DNA of 64,000 bases from contig CM060733.1 of the NCBI GenBank assembly GCA_030704615.1, positions 8,370,001 through 8,434,000 of the forward strand. Direction: 5' to 3'. Below the pieces are notes generated by a model, which ran no database searches, had not been told where the DNA came from, and saw only the letters and a list, made by a program, of their open reading frames with translations. Below are positions 11,798 to 23,931 of the stretch, one piece after another. Position numbers and translations under genes: made by a program. The DNA comes from Takakia lepidozioides (lineage: Eukaryota > Plantae > Bryophyta). The stretch's first letter is position 1. Each line of letters opens with the position of its first letter.

Positions 11798-13452
11798 ATG
11801 GGAGCTGGGGAGGGATCGCAGGGGGGCGAAGCAACACAGTCAACTTTGGATACTCCTGCCCGGGTGCTGCGCTCGCAAGGTGGAAGTGCATCGAGGCAGG
11901 CGAGTCCTCATTCAACACCTCAGATATCGCCTCAGAAAAGCCCACCTAGAGTTCGGAAGTCGAGGAAGCAGAAGGAGCCCATGGCTTCGCCAGTAAAACC
12001 CCTAGGGAGACTGGAAGCAGAGATATTGGGTTTGCAGTCAATTTCAAAAAACACGGATGCGGTGGAGGCCGCTGGAGATGTGGGAGTTGGATCTGCAGAA
12101 GGGCGGCCCATTGAGCTGACAGAAGGAGAGGACGACAACGTGGTACGACTTGGCGACGATCAGAACCTGCTGGAGCTTGCGGAGGAGCAAAACCTCCAGG
12201 ACATTTCCTTCTCTGCAGACTCTTATCTTTCAGGCATTTTGCTTCGTGAAGAAACATTAGAAATTCAAATTACGTGAAACATGAAGACTTGTTGATTCCA
12301 TAGTTGATCCACTGGAGTATAACGTCCTGTTCAACCATGTGGGAGAGAAGGACATTCTTTGTGATTTGTCGGGCAAGCCATGGAGGTATGGCAGGACCAG
12401 GAGTCCTGCATTCATCCCAGACGCTCATGGAAACATGTACGGATGTTGAAGGCAGGGTCCTCGACATCATTGCAAATACAGGTGAGAACGTTAATTGAAT
12501 GCGGCACCAAAATTGACACCATTTCCGTTTGTGTATGTTTGCTTGTGCGAGGAAGCGACTCATTCTTGAGTTTGGTTGTGGTTGTGTCGTATGAATTTGC
12601 AGGTGCCTGTATGTGGGCGGGAAGGATGTCGAACCGATTTGTGTTCTCATTTGAGGGGGATACGGCCTTGTACGATTACAATTTGGCGGGCCTTCAGCGT
12701 TTGCCTCCGACTGAGGATCCCAAAAACGCAGAAGATGACGTGGAAGGGGAGGAGGAAGATGAAGAGGAGGAAGTCCAGGAAATTCGTTCGATGTAGGGGC
12801 GCCCGAAGCCGCTTCCCCCAATGCCTGTCTTCGAGTGAGTTGCACCATAGTAAGTGTATTGGTTTCGGTTGTAGGGACCATGCAACCTGCCGATGATTCC
12901 CTGTTTGAATTCTCTAATGTACTTCATTCTATGTTTGTGCGTACACTCAGCCTTGCAGAGTCGTCCGACGAGGAGAAGCTGGGAGACTTGCCCGAATCGG
13001 ACCCTGTTGCAGAGGAAGAGACAGAATCGCATCGGCCATTCTTTGCCAGAAAATCGTTTCTCGCGAGTCCCCAGAAGCCTTTTTTTCTACCAGCCTATGC
13101 AGACACGGCTGCCAGAGAAGCCATCAGCAGGGAGGATAGGCCTACTCGGTTAGAGCAATTGACATACGGGAATGAGCAGAGAATTATAATGAGGCGTGAG
13201 GCCAAACATAGAATTGTGAAAGGCAGAGTAGGGAAGTTCGTAATAGAATCCGCGTCCGAGAGCGAGGGGAATGTTGAGGACACTTCCGCACCCAGGTGGA
13301 CAGTTCCGGCTGGTGAGGATGGTATTTTTGAGGGGAGGGCTTCTCAGAGTAACAGCGGTAGCGGCAGTGCAGATTCGGAGGCAAGTGGAAGGCAGCCATC
13401 CTTGCATGAGGCCGGGGATGCATCGGACAGTGATAGCGGATCCTCACCATAG
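11798..13452 (+). pseudogene. Intron-containing beta-class DNA amino-methyltransferase-like gene (C-terminal half, internally deleted)
   Basis: Disordered N-terminus from ATG 11798. From about 12234: AFCFVKKH*KFKLRET*RLVDSIVDPLEYNVLFNHV...GKPWRYGRTRSPAFI/(1-bp frameshift at about 12417)QTLMETCTDVEGRVLDIIANT|G ACMWAGRMSNRFVFSFEGDTALYDY. GT-AG introns 12482-12602 and 12835-12950 both preserve frame; acidic tail to stop at 13452. Confidence 0.7.
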
Positions 13453-13694
13453 CAAAGTCTCATTTGGATCCTTTTGTTGTACAGTTCTGAAACACTTAAT
13501 GAAAATATTGACGATTTGAAAAATCTTTGTGTTCAGACTGCTTGTCCGATTCCCTACATTTCTTCCGCCAACCAAAATGTATAATAAAAGCAGAAGAGAC
13601 GCAAACTTCATTGAAGAACCCTACAAGTAATTTATGCACACCATCGAGCCGAGAACTTGAAGCCATGAAAACCCTGCCGTTTCTAACATTCCTA

Positions 13695-13985
13695 TTGGGA
13701 AATTTGGCGCCGAAATAGCCCAATGCGCGCCTTCGTTATATGGGCCTCAAAAATTCCACGGATGAATTACTGTACCAAAATATCGCGATGGAAGCCTTCA
13801 GCACAAGGCACTTCAGCACATTCCACTTGGGTATTTTGGCGCCCAAATAGCCCGTTCTGCGCCATTAAATACCGCACTATATCACATTTTAAGAGGTAAT
13901 TTCGGTGCCGAAATACCCCGGTGGATATCTTCAAAACACCATTTTAGCACACTGCTCTTGGGAATAATGGCGCCGAAATACCTCA
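13695..13985. repeat. Right subterminal GGCGCCGAAATA repeats (about 65-bp period)
   Basis: Motif variants at about 13703, 13768, 13834, 13899 and 13965. Confidence 0.7.
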
Positions 13986-14561
13986 TTCCGCATCCTGGAC
14001 CAGGAGAAACAGACCCTATTACCGAGGTAAGAGGACATAACACCGTCAATAAAGGCAGGAAAATTCCAATTCCGCGGATGTCCGCTCATGAGCTCATAGG
14101 CTCATGGGCTCATGCGCTCATGCGCTCATGAAATAGTAAACCTCCGTAGTGAAGGAGGAGACACGAACTGCTGATGCTTGAGTCATGCAAACTGTAAAGT
14201 GATACTGTAGAGCAGATTAGAGACACCATGGCTTCGGCCTGTTACTTGATATAACTTAATCTGATACATATTCCATACTCACATTGTGTAGAGAGACCTG
14301 AGGGAAGCTGTGGAATGAATGGAAGAGTGATTGGAACTTGGTGGATTGTTGAAGCAATCTGATACTTAAATATAAACAGTAAGGTAACTTGCTGACATGA
14401 AGGCAAGAAGGAATACAAACATGAAGCACTTCCATGATACACTAGCTGTAGGTCCGGACTGATTGTTCTGAGCGGGCTGAGTACTTAGAGATATCCAACT
14501 CTTCTATCTTGGAGTTTCCACCTCGGATAGCGAAGGGATGGTGAGTAAGAGCCGCTCGACA

Positions 14562-16090
14562 TTTGGCGACCATACTGGGGAACTGGGTCATGAACAACCA
14601 GATGTGACAGGCATCTGGTGGGATCATGGTGGTTGGAGAATCAAAGAATTTGATGTGAATCAAATTCCCTGTGGAACTGAGAAAGAAAGATTGTCCAAAC
14701 AATTCTTTCAGAGGTTCTTGGAATTGCCAGACGGTTGCAAAGAAAACATTCTTAAGAAGAGAGTGCATGATGTTGATCCAGAGTGGGGTCTGGAGAAAGG
14801 AGTGATAAAGATTTATCAAGTGGCTTGTAGAGGGAGAGCAAGTTGGTTACCAACATTGGTTTATGTGATAGCATTGCTATCCATTAAACGAGTGGAGTTT
14901 GAAGGTTGGGAGGAACGGAAAGTGAATGTTTACACTCATATGCATGAAGAACTCGTACTGGTAAAGAATTGGATTCCTAAGGATATCCCGTGGATCAAAC
15001 TTACACCAAGAACAACTTTTCAGACGTGTTTGCCATATGGTTATATGGTAACGAAGATTTCTAGTATAGCCAAGGGTGCATTAAAACTTGAAAGAAATCC
15101 AGGCATATACGAGAGATACTACAGAAGAGAGTTTTGGTTATTGCCTCATTAAAGATATGAAAGACATGGGACATGAGTGATGAAAGAGAAGCTACTCCAA
15201 AGATATTCAGCAAAAAGGGACAGTTATTTGAAAGCTAATTATCCATATCTTTGGGAGAGAGGAATAGACATAGGGGAATCATCTGGACCTCTCACACCAT
15301 TAAGATCAGAGAGTACATCACCCATACCAGAGGAACCAGAGTTGGATGCCACTCCTTCTTATTCTTTACAAGAAAGATTAAGGGATTTGGTACAGGAAGA
15401 AGATCAGCCACGAGGGGAGAGATCTGAGGTACATCCCTGGATTAAAGATTTGACATAAATCTTTGATGAGAGTTGGCATGGAACACCAAAAGCAGGAACT
15501 CCAATTTCTGAAGCACAAGACAAAGAAGGAGAGGAGGATGTGGCAGAGCCAACGGAGAGTTCAGACTCTCCAACACCATTACAGTTGAGTTATATGAGTG
15601 AGGAAGAGGAAAACCAAGAGAAGAACTTGGAAGATGAAAACAGAGAGAAGAATTTGGAAGATGAAGAGTATGAAGAAGTAGACCCAACAGTTGAGGTTGA
15701 GACTACAACCAGGACATCCCAACCTGTTGGATCTGGATCAAGTGGAGCACTTGGATCATAGGCCAACGAAGGTGTCGGCTCAGGGGGATCAGGCGGGCAG
15801 CTTGGATCTGGCTCTAGGGGGACAGGGAGTGTGGGAAGTAGTGCAACTGGAGCTGGGAATACTGTAAGTGTAGAGGGGCCAGTAGCAGGGAGTGCTCAGG
15901 GGCCAACACCTGGTGGGAGTACCACCATTACAACAGTAGGTCCTCAAGGACCAGCTCCAACAGGAGGACCAACACCTGTCAGTGGGCAGGGTGTAGGGCA
16001 CAGATGGCGGTACCTCCAACACGGGCAAAACCACCTTTTCCAATATATGTAGGGAAAGGGGATCCTGATGTACACATCAGCCAATTTGAG
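14562..16090 (+). mobile_element. Truncated Ty3/gypsy internal region (PBS, upstream ORF, start of gag)
   Basis: Collinear with 24975-26500; gag has stops and frameshifts and breaks at ...CATCAGCCAATTTGAG (16090); no 3' LTR. Confidence 0.9.
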
Positions 16091-16180
16091 TGCAAGAAGC
16101 TGTTGACCAGAGCACCAAGAAGGAGATAACCAGGGATGCCATTCTGAAGAACCAGGGAAAGTGTGATATTTGTAATGCAG

Positions 16181-16609
16181 ATCCTATGGTGAAGTTCATG
16201 CGAGAGGCTCTTGAGAAGGCAGCTGTCCTGTAGCAGATCAATTCTTCAATATGAAGTATGTGATATGCAAGTTGGTGGTGGCTTCAAGCGGGATGATGGG
16301 GTCAGGTCTTTTCTGTACTATTTCTACCCTCTTTCATGATGTTGTGGACATATGGGTAGACTATGCTTGAGCTCCACCCTATATAAACTGGATTTCCCTA
16401 CCAGCACTTTGTATGTGCAGGGGTAAATTAAGTGCAAGGTGCGGTATATTGATGGGTTCTCTACTTTGCAGGTGGTGATCTACAGCAACCATTTGATGAT
16501 GCAGGATGAAGTGGACGTGGCTATGACCCATGAGCTATTGCATGCTTTTGACCATTGCCGTGCTGCAAACTTAGATTGGACCAATTGTGAGCACCATGCT
16601 TGCAGTGAG
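16181..16609 (+). pseudogene. ATP23: Mitochondrial inner-membrane protease ATP23 (peptidase M76) gene fragment, two exons
   Basis: Exon 16181-16300 PMVKFMREALEKA..CDMQVGGGFKRDDG (frameshifted); exon 16472-16609 VVIYSNHLMMQDEVDVAMTHELLHAFDHCRAANLDWTNCEHHACSE with HExxH; no start and no final exon seen. Confidence 0.85.
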
Positions 16610-18402
16610 GTGTGCCTCTTTTGCCCAGGCTTTGCTGGCTTTTGTGAAGATAAAAGACAATCAATCATGCTTCTTAAGGGGTTCATCTAATTGATGTGTA
16701 AGACAAAGTGTGGGAATGTTATCTAGAAGTCACCACTTTCTCAATAGTAGATATGGACGTATATCTCTGGTCAGTGGTTTGCACTTATTACAGTGTAACA
16801 CCGATTGTGATGTCTATTAGGAACATGCTTGAATGGATAGTTTTCAAGAAAGGTCATGGTACTCAGTGTGGTTTACTTTTTCTGTTAGGTTTGCTAGAGA
16901 GGTGGCATTGAGTATGAGTGACATGTCATGTTGGTTCAAGAGTTGGACAACCAAAACACTAATGTAATGTATGTATGTACAAATTTTCTCGGTGCAGTCA
17001 CATGTGCCATTTGGAGATTTACGGTTGCTTATATACCACCATCAAAGTTTGTTCCAAAAATCTTCCTTCGCACAATATATACTAGTTGTAGATGATAACG
17101 TCAAACTCACAATCAACATTGAATATGTAACTCTTTCAATTGTTGAGACTGTAAACTTGGCTTTCAAGGGATAGATGGAAATATAGGGTACTTTGTTCGT
17201 CTTATTTGAAACATTCTTTTGCAAAGGTAGTGCAACTCAAAGCCTTGATTGGAGGCAATTCAGCTGTGTTGATTTATTAGTTTGTTTGACTTTCACACCT
17301 GGGTTATGCCTGATCTATTTGAGGAAGTCTTATAGGTTGCTCTGCTTTTGCAGGATGCAGAGGACGACCATTCATTGATAGTGAATTTGAAGCGCAGAAA
17401 CACAGTACTGAAACACAGTACAGATAGATTTTATTTGGAACAGATGTTGGTGTGGATGTAAACGTAGGGGACAGCCTAGAAGAAATTGTTCTTGAGGTAT
17501 GAAGCCCACCTCCTTCTTTTACATGAATGACTTTGGTGGTATAACACCTATATAGCATTGGGTTCAAAGTTCTTACTTCAGAACAATATCATTTAAGAGC
17601 TCTGTACTTGTAGAAAGATTTGTAGTCTAGAAACGTAGGTCTTCAACAACTTGCTGGAAGATTTGTGAATGGCTTGCAAGCAGGGGGAGCATCTCGCATG
17701 GATGCCGGCCTAGCAAACATTTATAACTATTTCATGGTGTTGAGCTCTTGCACGACCAATTGATGCTTGCAGGTTCAGAAGAAGGCAGGACTTGCAGACG
17801 GTGACTGGACTTTCCTGGAAAAATTTGATTGCTTGTCCACCGATTGTGGTGAGGCCAGTCAGTGTAATTGAACTACACAAATGTGATGGCACAAGACACT
17901 ACCACAGTGATGGTTGCATATTCTGAATTGGAGGATGCAGTCTTTCCGTCTACAAATGATAGATGTGATAGTTCCACATGATGTACTGTGAAGATTTTTA
18001 CTCCGTTTGCATGGACGGATTTAAGCGGCATATTTGGACGGATTTAACAGCAATTCAGCTGACGCACGTTGGGAACTGCTTCTTTGGGTATGCTTTCATC
18101 TTTACTGCAGGTGTTGTACAGACGGAAGCGAGCTGCATTTACTTATGAAAGCCCTCTGACTCGGGGTGAATCACTCCTGCAACAGATGGTATCTCTCTTT
18201 CTGCCTGAGCCCAAGTTCCATCCACAGACACAGAATGAGGAGTCTGGAAATAACTGGTTAATTGCCTCACACATTCCGTTCAGTAACTTCTGAATAGTGC
18301 CAGATGAGCAATTTAACGTGATGCATGCGGATCTTAATCCGATAGAGCTGCATTTACTACTCACGATTTTGAGATTTGAGAAAATTGAATGATAGCACTT
18401 CA

Positions 18403-19454
18403 GAATTCAGGTGCTTGTATGTGGGCTGGAAGGATGTCCAACCAATTTGTGTTCTCATTTGAGGGGGATACGGCCTTGTACGATTTCAATTTGGCGGGCC
18501 TACAGCGTCTGCCTCCGACTGAGGATCCCAAAAACGCAGAAGAGGACGTGGAAGGGGACGAGGAAGATGAAGAGGAGGAAGTCCAGGAAATTCGTACGAT
18601 GCAGGGGCGCCCGAAGCCGCTTCCTCCAATGCCTGTCTTCGAGTGAGTTGCACCATAGTAAGTGTATTGGTTTCGGTTGTAGGGACCATGCAACCTGCCG
18701 ATGATTCCCTGTTTGAATGCTCTAATGTGCTTCATTCTGTGTTTGTGCGTACACTCAGCCTTGCAGAGTCGTCCGACGAGGAAATGTTGGGAGACTTGCC
18801 CGAATCGGACCCTGTTGCAGAGGAGGAGACAGAATCGCATCGGCCATTCTTTGCCAGAAAATCGTTTCTCGCGAGTCCCCAAAAGCCTTTTTTTCTACCA
18901 GCCTATGCAGACACGGCTGCGAGAGAAGCCATCAGGAGGGAGGATAGGCCTACTCGGTTTGAGCAATTGATATTCGGGAATGAGCAGAGAATTATAATGA
19001 GGCGTGAGGCCAAACATGGAATTGTGAAAGGCAGAGTAGACAAGTTCGTCATAGAATCCGCGTCCGAGAGCGAGGGGGATGATGAGGATAGTTCCGCACC
19101 CAGGTGGACAGTTCCAGCTGGCGAGGATGGTATTTTTTAGGGGAGGGCTTCTCAGAGTAACAGCGGTAGCGGCAGTGCAGGTTCGGAGGCAGGTGGAAGG
19201 CAGCCATCCTTGCATGAGGCCGGGGATACATCGGACAGTGATCGCGGATCCTCACCATAGCAAAGTCTCATTTGGATCCTTTTGTTGTGATAAAAGCAGA
19301 AGAGACGCAAACTTAAGTAAAGAACCCTACAAGTAATTTATGCACACCAGCGAACCGCGAACTTGAAGCCATGAAAACCCTACCGTTTCTAACATTCCTA
19401 TTGGGAATTTCGGCGCCGAAATCGCCCAGTGTGCGCCTTCATAATATGGGCCTT
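18403..19454 (+). mobile_element. Second partial copy of the Mutator-like element (methyltransferase 3' exons)
   Basis: High identity to about 12595-13748; has CAG (Q) where copy 1 has TAG at 12794; has its own stop at 19138 and an about 100-bp deletion. Confidence 0.9.
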
Positions 19455-19752
19455 CTCCTCCAACTTCCGCCTGACCCACGGAGCGAGTCCCGCCACAAAG
19501 TTGAAGACCATTTCTGGTTCTGCCATGTCCGCGACTTCGAGTAGCAGCACATTGAAAGCCTGAACATATCCCCGAATGTCATCCGTTTGCTTCAAATTCC
19601 TCATCTTGTCCCGGGTGAGCTAGGACGCATTGAGGGGCACAAACTGTCTCTTCATAAGTTCCTTGAACCCACTCCAGTTCAAGGGTTCCGGGTTTGGACC
19701 TTGGTCGTGAAGGCGTTTCTGCCACCATTGTTGAGCATAGCCGCTCAAATAG
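19455..19752 (-). mobile_element. Unrelated Ty3/gypsy gag fragment
   Basis: YLSGYAQQWWQKR...WSGFKELMKRQFVP...MRNLKQTDDIRGYVQAFNVLLLEV...FNFVAGLAPWVR, a retrotransposon gag signature. Confidence 0.8.
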
Positions 19753-19771
19753 GTGGGAGCCACTTCCACCC

Positions 19772-21485
19772 GATTCAATATTAGCATTCAGAATTGCCCA
19801 CCAATCTACATACCACTACTGCCGCAGCGGAAGGGAAGACAGTCATGGTATGTGATTGTTGATTCGCGATTGATGATGATTTCATATGCGCAGCAAGCCC
19901 CCATCTGTTCACAGCTAGAACCCACTGATCATGCCCGCCCCGTGAGTATCAACAAATGCTGGTTTTTGTTATGGCAATGTTCCATTTTGCTATATGATCA
20001 TGCTGTGCAGGATCTTACCCGACACTCTCTCTCTCTTTTCTTTCTTCTCCCCTCTATGTTCTTTCTCCAAGTATTCACAGGGCTGGTTCCTATTCATGTG
20101 TGACCTTGCAGTCCATACTTGGCCTTGTCACCAATGCAGTTATCATTTCTGTCAAGATCTCTCATCCTCACCATCCTCTCGGTTTTTCTCTCAGCTCACA
20201 CTGCAGAGAAGAAATTATGACAGTAAACATTGACCTGTAGCCCATGGAGTATATGCCAATTACCAGAAACTCTCCCCACCAATCTCAAGACCCCTCAAGC
20301 AATACCTAATTGTTATGACTGAACGGATACTTGTTATTCTACATGGATGTGTGTATTGCTGTGATCACCTATTAAGACCATCTGACTTTGATCCTTACCT
20401 TCTCGCTGAAACCACTAAGTTCAAACACAACCAGAGACTTATTAGTGCAGTATTTACTCTGCTGCTGGTAACTTCAGGGCTTCCCCAAACACAGACCTGA
20501 TGCACTACATAAATGCAGAATTCTCTTAGGGAAATTTGCCGTACACTCCCAAAACTGAAAGCATCTATCAGTCACTGCTCTCAATGATGAATTATTATGA
20601 CATGCAGCAACTGACGACCCTTTCACTCTATGAATTCCCCGTAAGATGATCTTTATGATCACAGTAACTGTGTTGAAGATGGATGAAGTCATGGAGGCTT
20701 ACTCCTTATTATTGGGACGTCCGTGGCTGAAACAGGCCAGGGTATGTTAGAGGACTGTCTGGGACTTAGACACTTATACGGGATCTGTAGGGTACCCTTA
20801 ATTTTAGCACAGACTGAGACCTACAGGAGCCTTAGGGGTGACAGCAGCGCACTGTAGAGGGGGGTAACACAGCCCGTCACAGTCGTCACAGCCCGTCACA
20901 ACCAACACAGCCAACACAGCCCGTCACAGCCGACACAGCCAGACACAGTCAGCACAGCCCGTCACATCCGACACAGCCACATAGCCAGTCACAGCCCGAT
21001 ACAGCCGTCACAGTTTCACACAGCCAGTCACAGCTTGACACAACTGTCACGATCATAGGGAACGGAGAGCAGGACAGGGAACGACTGTGGGGAACAACAC
21101 CTGCAAATGGAACATGTTAGTTCACGGACGACGGTTAGTGAGGGAAACGGTTAGAGCCACGGGTAGGGGGATTTTGACACTTAGTTCCGGACTCTCTCTT
21201 TTCTGCTCCCTCAAAGCAATTCCAAATGCTCTTGACATCTTCCTACTTCACTCAGTATCACCACTCTGCCTACCCCTTAGGCATCCCTCATCTCAAAGAA
21301 TAGACAACCATCACACATCTTCCCCAAAATGGCGTTGTCAGCCACACTTCCTTATCACATTTAAAACATTCAGAGCTTAACTACAAATCATACCTGGCAT
21401 CACCAAAGCTTTTCCAAAGTCCACCCATATCCTACTTGCCCATTGCATCCTACAGCCTCACCCTCCAACTGGCTTCGGGTGATTG
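19772..21485 (+). repeat. Duplicated segment, inverted copy at 41625-42697
   Basis: TTCAATATTAGCATTCAGA... through ...CCTACTTGCCCATTGCATC matches the reverse complement of 41625-42697, apart from the 20643-21177 insert and a short indel near 20520-20600. Confidence 0.85.
20643..21167 (+). mobile_element. Chip of the Ty3/gypsy element: 102 bp of pol fused to the first about 420 bp of an LTR
   Basis: 20643-20744 equals 28296-28397; 20745 begins TGTTAGAGGACTGTCTGGGAC and follows the LTR to ...CACGGGTAGG. Confidence 0.9.
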
Positions 21486-23502
21486 CATCCTACAATGTCC
21501 ATTTTTTGACGCAAATGCGTCATTTTTCCTGTACATAGTTTGTTGGTTTTGATCTACAATCTTATATTTCTATGAAATTTCTTAAAAGGGACTCACAACA
21601 TTCTACCTATCTACATGTAGTATCTACCTTCTCAAACTTGCCGCCAAAAACCGTTATCTCTAGAAGTGATGGACTTTATGAAAAGTCCATAAGCTTTTGT
21701 TACAGTCCATACAAAACTTGTTATGGACTCATTATATGTTAGATTTTGTAACATAATTGGAATAAGGGACTTGGCCCTCCCTTGCTATTATGATAAAGAA
21801 TCTAGTGTGAGAATTTTTTAATATTTTTACTCATTAAACTAAATTTTATGTACTTTATCAACCAATAACAGCCTTTTTCATAAAGTCCTTTAAAATATGA
21901 AAACCAAAACACCTCATGAACTGTCTTCATTAAATGCAACCATTTATTATAGAGAGAAACGTCACTTGGATGACAAGCTTGACTGTCATGATACTGGATT
22001 TAAAGACATATGTTCCCTCAAGTATAAGTAGACGAGATTACAAAGATTGTATGTACACCATACGCGAAAAAAAGAGGCATGGAGAACCTGCTCCACCAAT
22101 CACTTCTCACAGTCCCTGCCATAAATGATTATTCTTGAAGAAGTTGTATATTTCATGTACATAGTGAGCTTCTCCACATCTGATGTGGTCTTCTTTAGCT
22201 GCTGCTTGAGACTCATGATGTCTAGGCCATAAAAATCACCAAGCTATCAATCTTGGAATTCACCTCTGTCCATGAAGGCCCCATCTTGTGCAGCTTGTTG
22301 CCTTGCTCGCCTTCTCCCAACACTCTTGCATCGGTTACAAAAGAAGATACACTCTGTATCTGTATATGCCTCCGATCAATCCCAGCTACGTAAACCCTCT
22401 GAGGTGGTAGAGGCTACCATTTCGAGAAAAAGTCTATCACGTCCTCAGTTTCCTCCTGCTCCATGAAAAGAAAGTGGCAGAGTCATGGTATCGTGTTTCA
22501 TTTCCTTGTTTAAGAAGTGTGCTCAACACAATATTTTTTGATCTTCTAGTCGAGGGTAAGAAGGCTTGGGGGGTTATGCAGGACTTGGGAATCTTGCATC
22601 TTCAAGTCTTCCTTCCCCATTATTGGCTGAACTGTCTTCCAATTGGCCCTCCCCTTTGGAGGTGGATGAGGACATTAAATGGAAACACATGAAAAATAGG
22701 AAATCTAAAATAAAGGTGTACCTAAACTTTGAGCCCCTGCGTAGGAAGAAATACCTACTTGTTTCTTCTCCCCTGCCTTATCACAGGACGCGTCGTCGTT
22801 TAAGGGTTAATTAGGCTTGGTTTGATGCTCTAATTAGCATAACAAATAAGATTAGTCTTCAACCCTCATTTGTCTTCTTCACCGGCTCGCTTTTTTAATC
22901 TCTTTAGTAAAAGTTTCAGCATGACTATTTCTCCTCCTCCAGAGTTTCAATTGAATTGTGGATCTAAAATAAGATAGAGGAGCGTAAGTTCAAAACCTTG
23001 TGAAAAGTCCATTTGATGCAAATGATCTTTCATGGCTGCCATAAGTCATTGTATGTAGACAAGAATATGAATACAAGAGATAAAGGACATGGATTCATTT
23101 GGTTAGGACTAATGAATTTTTATTTTGGTTTGAAGTATTTACTTTTATAAACCGTAAAGTTTATGGCAATGCTGTTGTGATTCCATAAACTCGTCGTCTA
23201 AGTTTGTACAGTAAGAATGATAGAAACATCCCACATCCCATTTTCTCTAGGATTGAAAATTTAAATTCAAACCCTAAACCACAAATAGAAATCTTGAGAG
23301 GATTTGAAACAAATAGTTTGGTTCTGTAGTGTTTTTAGTTCTTAAGATCTGAGCAACAAATTTAGGGTTTTGTTTTAGAGAGAGTGAAGACTCCGGCCAA
23401 AGCCGGTGAACTAAGAGCCATTTTGCTTTGCGGCTACTGCTCCTTTTCGGGGGTGGGCCCTATGGAAGTAGGAAGCGTCCGTGCGCCTAGGGAGGCGTAG
23501 CT

Positions 23503-23931
23503 CTAAGTGCTGATATGTTCAAGTTTGCGTTTGTTGGTAATTATAGCAGGGAGGGATTGAACGCCAGTGAGATGGATAGCTTTAGAAAATTGGTGGATAG
23601 TATCGATAGGGATACGGAAAGGGTGGGAACATTGGCTGAGTAGGACGTGGGGCCAAGTATCACGGGCCGGTGGGGATTGTGTGCATAGGGCGCATAATGA
23701 GGATGGGTATATAAGTGAGGCCAAAAGCGGTGCTTCCAATGATGACCCATGTAGTGGGCATATCTAAATTTGAGAGTTTGTCTTATTTGGGCATCTGTAG
23801 TAGCTTTTGTAGTCCAGAAGTGGTTGGATAGTTTGTAGTTGAGCACCTGAGATTGTGTCCATTTTTGGATGTAGGTTTTAGTGTGGGCAAGCGAGGTTGT
23901 TGCTTGTTTGTGGGCTTCTGTTACAAAGGTT
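23503..23931 (-). mobile_element. LINE ORF2 3' fragment
   Basis: YKLSNHFWTTKATTDAQIRQTLKFRYAHYMG...SLCALC...DTWPHVLLSQCSHP (C-terminal CCHC finger), ending IITNKRKLE. Confidence 0.65.

Larger units (their letters stand above)
6657..14144. mobile_element. Mutator-like DNA transposon (7488 bp) carrying cargo genes
   Basis: Perfect 9-bp TSD CGTAGTGAA (6648-6656 and 14145-14153). Left terminus GGGGGTTGCTATTCCATGAGC versus right terminus (reverse complement) GAGGTTTACTATTTCATGAGC, each followed by CTCATGAG/CCCATGAG repeats. Confidence 0.92.
6038..14561 (+). repeat. Ty3/gypsy 5' LTR (diverged relative of 23932-24974), split by the Mutator-like insertion
   Basis: Starts TGTTAGAGGGCTGTCTGGGACTTAGACAC at 6038, has CACAGCC repeats, resumes after 14144, ends ...CTCGACA at 14561, followed by PBS TTTGGCGACCATACTGGGG. 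Confidence 0.88.

Noticed and set aside
12694-13032. Minus-strand ORF GRLHGPYNRNQYTYYG conserved in three copies
   Set aside because: It is the antisense of the spliced methyltransferase exons; conservation reflects recent DNA duplication.
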